Shown in pieces: positions 56,346 through 64,000 of a stretch of 64,000 nt of DNA (its first letter is position 1; the number at the start of each line of letters is the position of its first letter). The DNA is taken from the NCBI GenBank assembly GCA_977017575.1, contig CDRNVI010000025.1:1-64000 (forward strand). The letters run 5' to 3'. This stretch comes from Paramoeba atlantica. Taxonomy: Eukaryota; Protista; Discosea. A program made the translations under genes and the position numbers. Under the pieces are notes generated by a model. The model searched no databases. It saw only the letters and a program-made list of their open reading frames with translations, and was not told where the DNA came from.

Positions 56346-57965
56346 TCAGGGGAGCGTACCATCACAGGTCAGTAGTTCGGCTTCGACAGCGCGAATTCTG
56401 GGTAGTAACTCCTCGGCAACCTCTTTCCTGCGACTTGTCACACACTTTGCGCTGTGAATACACACCTCCGAAAGGTTTTGGGCATTCCATGGGGATGTTA
56501 ATCGTGTCTCCCTCTGTGTACCCTTTGAAGACATGTGGATTGTGGTACGCCCCTGTACCACATGCGAAAGGAGGTTCTCTACTTCCCCCACACCTGCACG
56601 CAGGTCCGTGTCTGAGATCGCCCACGGGACCTGTTCCGCGATACGCCAAAACGCAACCACGGCCTCCACCGACACCCCCTTGCTTCGGAGGACACCGCGG
56701 AGGAGCTTTGAGACCGCGTGGTCCTCCGGGGGGAGCATCCCGGGCACCAGCGCCACGGCGGCTACCAAATCACCCAGCGTGGCCTCATTCGTGTACGCCC
56801 CATCATTCTCACTGCGCACCGCCTGGGTGTACAGCCTACGGAGTAGGGGCTGGAGCAGGGGCACGATGGCATGGTGCACGGCGGCCTCGGAGAGGTACAC
56901 GAGCACGGCGGCCGCGCTGTGGAGGTCCAGCCCGGCCTCGGTGTGCTCCGTGGCATGCACGAGGGCGAGCAGGGGGCCCGGGGCGTAGTGCCGCAGCCGA
57001 CGCAGGGCGGTGCAGTACACCGCGGTGGCCTCCGGACCACACGGGGCCCCGGGGGTGTAGTCCTCGGGGCGCTCCGAGGCGGTGCTGGTGATTACCCCGG
57101 TGAGCGGTCGGGCCCTTGGGGGGTTGTGCCGGGTGGCTTCGTGTGAGGTGCCGTGGCGCACCCACTTGTCAAGGGTGGGGCCGTGGGTGGCGGGGGTGAA
57201 GTAGCGAAGGGTGGCCATCGCACACAGCACGTGGGCCACCTCCAGGGAGCTCATGTGGGGGAGAAGGTCGTGGGTGCGTTGCTCCAGTACACGTAGGACA
57301 GGGTGGAGGTCCGGGGAGAGGGGAAGGCGGGAGAGACACTGACAGAGGGCCGCGTGTTGGGGTGGGGGAAGGTGGACCGCAAGGGCACGGCGTGCGATAG
57401 GGAGCAGCAGCTCCTCACTATGACTCTTCATGTAAGCTAGGACGTCGATAAAGCCGCAGAGTTCGTGCACTGTGGCCTGGTCCAGTTTCTTTAGTATTTC
57501 TCCCGAAATTGCCTCAACCAGAGGTAAATGGAGTTTATTGAGGGTTGCCAAAGCGCTGAGGGTGCGGTCCATGTCCGAGCTGGTGAGCAATGAAGTTCGA
57601 TGGGACAACTCCTTAATCACCTCATCCAAAATTCTTGTCGGAAAAAACCCAAAGTACGCAAAGTTTTGAAGCAATGAGACCAGTTCCGGTATATCTGCCA
57701 AATCGTAATGAATCTTTTTGCCACTGAAGTATTTGTATTCTCCTTGAAGTAACTGTTGTTCCAGACGGTCTTCGCAGGACATGTGCCGAAGTCGTACTTT
57801 CGTCATACGACGTGCAATCTCGTCAGCAGAATAATATACGTGGGTGTTATCCGTCGGATCTTTCGGCAACATGGCCTCTACACTGCGAACTGCAATATAC
57901 CCTCTTTCGTATGGCGTTTTCTTTCCTCCCTGCGGCAAATAACACAGAATCTTACTGTTTCTCAT
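56346..57965 (-). CDS. Helical-repeat (FASTK/OPR-like) protein, probably mitochondrial RNA-binding
   Basis: Repeated helical units such as LSALATLNKLHLPL and EVAHVLCAMATLRY; family call is inference. Confidence 0.65.
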   Translation of the reverse strand: MRNSKILCYLPQGGKKTPYERGYIAVRSVEAMLPKDPTDNTHVYYSADEIARRMTKVRLRHMSCEDRLEQQLLQGEYKYFSGKKIHYDLADIPELVSLLQNFAYFGFFPTRILDEVIKELSHRTSLLTSSDMDRTLSALATLNKLHLPLVEAISGEILKKLDQATVHELCGFIDVLAYMKSHSEELLLPIARRALAVHLPPPQHAALCQCLSRLPLSPDLHPVLRVLEQRTHDLLPHMSSLEVAHVLCAMATLRYFTPATHGPTLDKWVRHGTSHEATRHNPPRARPLTGVITSTASERPEDYTPGAPCGPEATAVYCTALRRLRHYAPGPLLALVHATEHTEAGLDLHSAAAVLVYLSEAAVHHAIVPLLQPLLRRLYTQAVRSENDGAYTNEATLGDLVAAVALVPGMLPPEDHAVSKLLRGVLRSKGVSVEAVVAFWRIAEQVPWAISDTDLRAGVGEVENLLSHVVQGRTTIHMSSKGTQRETRLTSPWNAQNLSEVCIHSAKCVTSRRKEVAEELLPRIRAVEAELLTCDGTLP

Positions 57966-58208
57966 AAGGGAAGCAATTCAGTCCAATATTTTCCGTGGAC
58001 GTCGCAATTGGATACCATCTGTGTCATGTACCTCACATATTCGAATTTTTATGTACAAATTTAAATTTCTCTACTACCATACGACCAAAAAAGGTATCAC
58101 ATAGCTAGTGTGAAGCATTGACACAAAAAAACGATTGTTTTGGTAGTCTAGCAAAAATGTCAAGTTCAGTTCCAGCCGTTCATACTGCTATACCAGCTTG
58201 GAAATGCT

Positions 58209-58832
58209 TTACGGTACTTCAGATAATTTCGTGTAAGAGTTGTACTTGCGCCAGGAAAAAGACGAGTCGTTCAGTTTCAAAAACTTCGGCAATGTACTTC
58301 TCGAAACAGTGCCAGACAAGTGTGCATTAGACGACAAATCCAAATTTTCCAGTCCCTCAGGAAGCAGGGAGAGATCTATCTTTCCACCAAAATTGTTATC
58401 ATTTAGGTAGAGCTTTTTTAACGTTGCTGGTAAAGTTCGAAGATTAATCTTTCCCGAAAACCCGTTTCGGGCAAGATTTAACTCCTCAAGTCTTCTAGGC
58501 AAGTCGCTCAAGTCAACCTTTCCCGATAAAGAATTCACATTCAACAGTACGTGAGTTACGAAGCGTGGGAGATGTGCCCATTCCAAGGTTCCAAATAGCT
58601 CTTTTGCTGTCCAGTTTATTTTAATAATGTTATCTGTATTGTCACAGATAACTCCGCGCCATTTACAGCATGGAATACGTAGGCTCCAAGAATGGTGAGG
58701 ATTCGTGATCCCCGAAACGAACCTTGTGAGGTCGTACTCTGGGGGTATGAGAGACCGGTGAACTTTGCCGGGCAAACGGGGTGCATCGGCAGTCTTCCCG
58801 AGCATCATGAATGTCAACTGTACCATTTGCAT
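58209..58832 (-). CDS. LRR protein (same family)
   Basis: PGKVHRSLIPPEYDLTRF, CCKWRGVIC. Confidence 0.85.
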   Translation of the reverse strand: MQMVQLTFMMLGKTADAPRLPGKVHRSLIPPEYDLTRFVSGITNPHHSWSLRIPCCKWRGVICDNTDNIIKINWTAKELFGTLEWAHLPRFVTHVLLNVNSLSGKVDLSDLPRRLEELNLARNGFSGKINLRTLPATLKKLYLNDNNFGGKIDLSLLPEGLENLDLSSNAHLSGTVSRSTLPKFLKLNDSSFSWRKYNSYTKLSEVP

Positions 58833-59103
58833 GGCCAATCAGTAGCAAAAAATCAACTTGCTATTCGACAAAGGGCTATTCACTATTGGACAGTGGTTTA
58901 CTAAGTGCTCAAATAGAAGTAAACTTTACTTACATTTGATTGAAGGTACTTATTCAGAGCACTTATGAAAAATCATCTTTGGAATACTACCGAATTTTTG
59001 TACGTTCTTTTGTTATTAAATGAATGTTTAGTAGTACCTAGTAAAGTATATGAAGTCTCTTTATATCGTGTATTAGCGATAACGACTCTGACCCATTCGC
59101 TTA

Positions 59104-59678
59104 TGTGCACCCCCACTTATAGTGCCGCGGTTTTCGACCAAACGGCACTATAAGTGGGGGGGGTAGTATGTTTCAGATCGAGGGTGAAAATTTTTCCACT
59201 TTCAAAAAAAAAAGAAAGTATCTGTCACCTTTTCGCGAAAAGTAGTGACAGATAAGTAGGGGGGGTACAGTACCTTCGTCACTGCATGCTTACCATTAAT
59301 TTCTTGGAGGAATTTAAGGTGCACCTTCCATAAAATTGCCTTTGAAAAGCAATTTTCGCTCTTTGTTAAACCTTCTCTGGCGCTTTCTTCCTTTGAGAAC
59401 GCGATTGATGCGTGATTGATAAATCGACTCCTAAAACGTATTTTAGTGGCTTCGTTAAACGCGGAGGTAGTTTTCAACGCTAAGCGCGCAGCATGAGTGA
59501 CTTCTAAGTTGAAAACAACCACCACGTTTAACGAAGTCACTCAATATTAGAAATTTCCACCATGTTTACTGTACTTTTTGGTCAAAAAAAATAGTTATTT
59601 TTTTTCGGACAATTTTTTTTTCAAAACGGCACTATAAGTAGGGGGGTACCCCGCGGCACTATAAGTGGGGGGGCACAG
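59104..59678. mobile_element. MITE family C3 containing family B palindrome copy 4 (59445-59541)
   Basis: GTGC(A/C)CCCCCACTTATAGTGCCGCGG inverted ends; CGGCACTATAAGTGGGGG internal repeats. Confidence 0.8.
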
Positions 59679-59891
59679 TAATAAATCAAGCAACAGATAG
59701 AAACACTCTATTATGAGGTAAAAAAAGCTTCACTTTCGAAGAGAGGAAACTCAACTCAAACCATGTTTAAAAAGATTGCGTGCTGAGAGGTAGCACTGCT
59801 CAGTGCGGAACTGAAAAAAGTCAAGAGGAATTCGTAAAAGACGTTAAGAGGATAGTTGGCCCCATATTCTGTTGTCTATTCCACACTTGGT

Positions 59892-60521
59892 CTAAAGGAC
59901 TGTAATTGCGGTCCTAGTCAAATTAATGTAATTACTGTTCCACGGAATAAACTCACCGACGGACTGAATGATATTCTGTAACTGCGCTGGTAGTTCGCCT
60001 TTTGTCACAGTGCCCGATAGCAGAGTGTTGTGAGCCAAGCTGAGACACTTCAATCCCACAGGAAGCATAGAAAAATCTGCAGGCCCGCTAAAAAAGTTCT
60101 TACCCAATAGAAGTTCTTTTAAATCTGTCGGTAGACGTTGGAGATCAATTGACCCCGATAACCCGTTTTTTTCAAGATTGAGTATTTGGAGTCCGTACGG
60201 CAAGCGAGATAGGTCAATTTCCCCCGTAAGGTGGTTTGACTGCAACATTACGACTGTCAAGGAGTCAGGAAGGTGGAGCCAGTCTGGGGCCCCGGAGAGC
60301 TCCCGCCCTGCCCACCATAGTTCTTTGATCGTTGCTCCTTTACAAATCACCCCAGCCCACTTGCTGAACTTGAAATCGGAACCACAATGAGTTCCCCACG
60401 AGCAATCCTGGTTGGTAATCCCTGCAACAAACCTAATAAGGTCGCCTTGTGGGGGAAGTAACGAGCGGTGCACTTTTCCTGGACGGCGACGTTCTTCAGC
60501 ACAGTTTCCCAATGGACACAT
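59892..60521 (-). CDS. LRR protein (same family; close paralogue of 58209-58832)
   Basis: PGKVHRSLLPPQGDLIRF, KWAGVIC. Confidence 0.85.
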   Translation of the reverse strand: MCPLGNCAEERRRPGKVHRSLLPPQGDLIRFVAGITNQDCSWGTHCGSDFKFSKWAGVICKGATIKELWWAGRELSGAPDWLHLPDSLTVVMLQSNHLTGEIDLSRLPYGLQILNLEKNGLSGSIDLQRLPTDLKELLLGKNFFSGPADFSMLPVGLKCLSLAHNTLLSGTVTKGELPAQLQNIIQSVGEFIPWNSNYINLTRTAITVL

Positions 60522-60775
60522 GATTAGCTGTCGTCAAAAAATACGAAAAAAATCAAGATAATGACTAGAAGGGAAAGGGGTTATCAGAAAAGGAAATCAA
60601 GAAACGTGTTGATTTGTTTGTTGTGTTCTTGGGCATTATACCACATCTACCTAGCACTTCTACACTACTTCTACGTACTTCTACACTACCACTTCTACTT
60701 GTGTCCGAAAAACAATTTAGTGTCCAATTTAGTAAAACAGTCTAGTATGGGGCACAATTGTGATTCAACGGAGGT

Positions 60776-62044
60776 CTATTCAGAATCGCGCCTTCTCTTG
60801 GACACCTTGGTTGAGCTCGTACAAAATTCAGGTATCTCCCCAGAGGCAAAAAGTCGTCGCGGTGGAGTTGTGAGCGATAACTTTTGAGGGGGTGGGGTGA
60901 AGGGAATGACATTGGGATCTCGGTCCCCTAGAGGTGTTGAGCTGTTTGGGTTTCGTTTAGCAACACCAAAGAAGTGCAGCACGTCCGTCGGGGGTAATGG
61001 CATTGGCAACCGTCGGGGTAGAAAAGGCTCCGAAAAAACAGAGTGCGAAAGACACTGTCCCGCCGTGGGACGTTGAAATGGATCTAGGGATAATAATTCT
61101 TGTATAAAACGAAAGGTGTCCGGTCGAATGAAAGAGGAAATTTTATTATTCGGCGTAGAAGAAGCTTCAATCTTTGAGTCTCTCACACATAGTAGTTTCT
61201 CAAGTCCGTACCCAATTCCTTCCGATTCTCTGAATCTTATATCCCGACGAGGATACTGTAGACTTTTGGTAAATAGTGAAGGCCAAGTTTTGTTTGTAGG
61301 GTTTCCAAGAAGATTAAAAATCGACCTCAAACTGTGGAGTGACGAATCATGCGCAAAAAGAGGGTCTCCTTGGCGTAGAATTTCAACTAGCAAACATCCT
61401 ATACCCCATATGTCAGCTGCATGGGGTACAACACACGCGTCAAAACCAAGAAATGATTCCGGAGGTTGATATCCACATGTTCCAATATCTCCATGCCTAC
61501 ACTTGCATTCCGATTGTGTTGATTCACTTTCAGGTTTGTAAACATTCTCCCATGAATGTGTCAGTTTTTGCGCTGTTCCAAAATCGCTAAGTTTTGCTAT
61601 GCACCCTCGATTAGGGTCCGGTGAAAGTAACACATTTGAGGGTTTCACATCTCGATGAACAATTGAATGTTTATGTAAGTGATGGACAGCTTCTAGTACG
61701 TCGTGGATATACGCCAATGCGTCCTTTTCCGTTAGCGCTGAAACCCCATAGGGGCTATCCATCCGTCGCACACAGTGTAAGTACTGTTTCAAATGGGTTG
61801 GGATGTATTCCAACACTAAGTAGACAGCAGTTTCAGTAATAATGGCATCTTTAACGCCGACCACATTGGGGTGCGATTTCAAGGACTGTAACAACTTTGC
61901 TTCGCTCTTTGCCCTTTCATACGCTGATTTTGGACAGCAGTACGTTTTTTTAATCGCAACGTATTCATGGGGGCTTCGATACAATTGAACCACCCCGTGG
62001 CCTCCGCGACCAAGTATAATGTTACAATTTTCATATGCATCCAT
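60776..62044 (-). CDS. CMGC/CDK-like Ser/Thr protein kinase
   Basis: LGRGGHGVV, VAIKK, HRDVKPSNVLL, DFG, GTCGYQPPE, DIWGIGC. Confidence 0.92.
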   Translation of the reverse strand: MDAYENCNIILGRGGHGVVQLYRSPHEYVAIKKTYCCPKSAYERAKSEAKLLQSLKSHPNVVGVKDAIITETAVYLVLEYIPTHLKQYLHCVRRMDSPYGVSALTEKDALAYIHDVLEAVHHLHKHSIVHRDVKPSNVLLSPDPNRGCIAKLSDFGTAQKLTHSWENVYKPESESTQSECKCRHGDIGTCGYQPPESFLGFDACVVPHAADIWGIGCLLVEILRQGDPLFAHDSSLHSLRSIFNLLGNPTNKTWPSLFTKSLQYPRRDIRFRESEGIGYGLEKLLCVRDSKIEASSTPNNKISSFIRPDTFRFIQELLSLDPFQRPTAGQCLSHSVFSEPFLPRRLPMPLPPTDVLHFFGVAKRNPNSSTPLGDRDPNVIPFTPPPQKLSLTTPPRRLFASGEIPEFCTSSTKVSKRRRDSE

Positions 62045-62569
62045 CGCTCGCAACAAAATTGAGACTCTAGCAGGTCGAGTACAGGGATCAGTGACGTATC
62101 CTGCAGTCTTTATAAAGTTTCATAAGGTTCATCCCCAGTTAATACGTATAATATAGTGTAAATAGTATTATGATGAGTAAACTTCTCTAACAATACACGA
62201 AGATACCATTACGGAAAAGGAAAACGTTAAAATTGTAAGCAAGACAAGAACATAAAGATAAAAAACTCTAGTGCTGCGAGAAGTCTTAATGAGATGAAAC
62301 CTCCGTTTCGATCTTTTAAGTCATTGTTTCAAAAAGAACGAAGCAGGAGGGACAGCTACATGCTGTATTGGGCTTTACCTAAGTACTAGACCTGTCTAAC
62401 GTTGGCTAATCCCTTTTTTGACCCAGTATTTCAGATACAACTTGTACATGTCACGTTCAGTACTTTCTTTAGGTAAACGGACGAGATCTGTGAGCTCTTC
62501 TCTGGGAACTCGAAGGTAAATAATGCACTACCTCACAAGAGAATATCCCGTACAGAAAAGTCTGAAAAT

Positions 62570-63181
62570 TCAAACAAGTGATTTGAAAAGAAAACTTAAA
62601 TGTGGTGCTGAAAAATAGCGCGTCTGCTCCTGTGACTTCTGCGCTTGAGGATTAATACATACCAATTTCTTTACGTAGGGTTCTAGATAATCCAAAACAG
62701 AGAGATCCGAGTCAATGTAAAGCGAAGGAGTAAGGTGACGCATCATCGCCTGTTTTCCCACATCGGTTTTATAACACAATATATTTTTTCTGGGTGTAGC
62801 TCCTTTAAGCGTGGTCATCCACTTGTCCTCAACATTTCCACGTTCTTCTTCCGAGGAGACACGTACTAAAAGTATGCAATTGCAGTGTGAAGATAGATAC
62901 TGTAGAGCTTTCTGAGAAGCTTCATCCGGGATATTGTTGTCAAAGATTAAGCAACTCACTGCGACAGTTTCTCCGAAATAATCTTTTGGATCCCACACGC
63001 TTTTTGATTTAGTGTTCAAACGTGTCTGAGAAATTTTCTTGGGGAAGCCTGGCACTCGGAATCCATTTGCATTACACGCATATTTGCAGAGGTACGAACA
63101 AGTGACGGCGACACACAGGGCAAAAAACATCCCTGTGTGTGTGAATAAATTTGCGATCACATTAAAAAAAGACGTGTACAT
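62570..63181 (-). CDS. PEX22: Peroxin 22-like membrane protein
   Basis: N-terminal TM segment; C-terminal ILCYKTDVGKQAMMRHLTPSLYID resembles plant-type PEX22. Confidence 0.6.
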   Translation of the reverse strand: MYTSFFNVIANLFTHTGMFFALCVAVTCSYLCKYACNANGFRVPGFPKKISQTRLNTKSKSVWDPKDYFGETVAVSCLIFDNNIPDEASQKALQYLSSHCNCILLVRVSSEEERGNVEDKWMTTLKGATPRKNILCYKTDVGKQAMMRHLTPSLYIDSDLSVLDYLEPYVKKLVCINPQAQKSQEQTRYFSAPHLSFLFKSLV

Positions 63182-63478
63182 GGCAAATTTACAAATACAA
63201 AGTATAAAGGATTAAATAATGTCTGAACCAGAAAGCTAAAGTGTGAAAGCCAGAACGATAATAGCAGGGGGTCTTCCAAGGAAAATAACATTTGTTAAAA
63301 AGCCCGTCACTCGCACGTTCTCCCCTTTTATGATCTTTCAAAAACGAGACATAAGATTAGATACAAATTTCGAACAAAATAAAAGACAGATCCTGTTGTG
63401 CTGCAGTACCATACACGCTACAACACGCTACCCCTTTCGAGGAGAACAACGGGGTCGCTAAAAAACCGAAACCCCTCC

Positions 63479-64000
63479 TCACAACCCTTTATTAAAATAC
63501 AACTTATCCACAGGCGTCCCATCCCGCATCCGTGCCCCATGAAACCGCGACTCCAACACCCCCGGCACCACACTCGCCCGTTGCGGAAACAACCCCAACG
63601 CACACGGAACCCCGACCAAAATCCCCACCGTCATCAACCCCAGCTCCGTCACCGCACGGTTCCTTTTCACCACCCCCACCCTTGCCAACGGCACCATCGC
63701 CAGCAACGGCAGCGTCATAATCGGCACATTCCACGCCAGTCGCGTCACACAGCACTGGGCAATCCCCTGTCGTCCCGCCACCCTACTCCTCCCGTGCTCC
63801 CCCCCCTCGCTGTCCACCACCCCCACGCCCTCATCCCACCACTCCAGCCGTCGCATCAGCGCGACGTTCGCCATCCCGGCCAGAGAGACCGCCAGCATGG
63901 GGAGCGTGGCACGGACGGCGGTGGCGCGTAGGGACCCGCGGGGGAGTTGGTTCATCGCAGCTGTCGTGGCATAGGCAATGGAGAGCGAGAGGGCGCAGGC
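63479..64000 (-). CDS. SFXN: Sideroflexin / tricarboxylate carrier, C-terminal part (5' end beyond window)
   Basis: ANVALMR, SRVAG, PCALGLFPQ, terminal YFNKGL; frame stays open to position 64000. Confidence 0.92.
   Translation of the reverse strand, partial: ACALSLSIAYATTAAMNQLPRGSLRATAVRATLPMLAVSLAGMANVALMRRLEWWDEGVGVVDSEGGEHGRSRVAGRQGIAQCCVTRLAWNVPIMTLPLLAMVPLARVGVVKRNRAVTELGLMTVGILVGVPCALGLFPQRASVVPGVLESRFHGARMRDGTPVDKLYFNKGL

Overview
Eukaryotic nuclear DNA that behaves like a kinetoplastid chromosome (inferred; Perkinsela/Prokinetoplastina-like). About 27 intronless host genes all lie on the minus strand as one directional cluster. They include an RsuA/RluB-type pseudouridine synthase-like protein, a PPR-like Gln-rich protein, a PCIF1-like methyltransferase, an SLC25 carrier, eIF3L, a Trl1-type kinase, NTH1, SRP40-C, YjjX, Rab-GDI, a CDK-like kinase, PEX22-like, a sideroflexin and five LRR paralogues. 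Intergenic DNA is full of nested mobile elements: three deleted Tc1-like copies with a DD32E spacing, a DD35E remnant, a Merlin-like remnant, many MITEs, a CRE/SLACS-type non-LTR retrotransposon and two HERO-like REL remnants. Most notable observations: (1) a spliced-leader-like sequence at the 5' end of the CRE element; (2) a repeat family whose ~100-bp terminal palindrome occurs in both flip and flop orientations; (3) the DD32E Tc1 lineage; (4) repeated C-rich to G-rich skew inversions inside genes. All calls come from reading motifs by eye; no searches were run.
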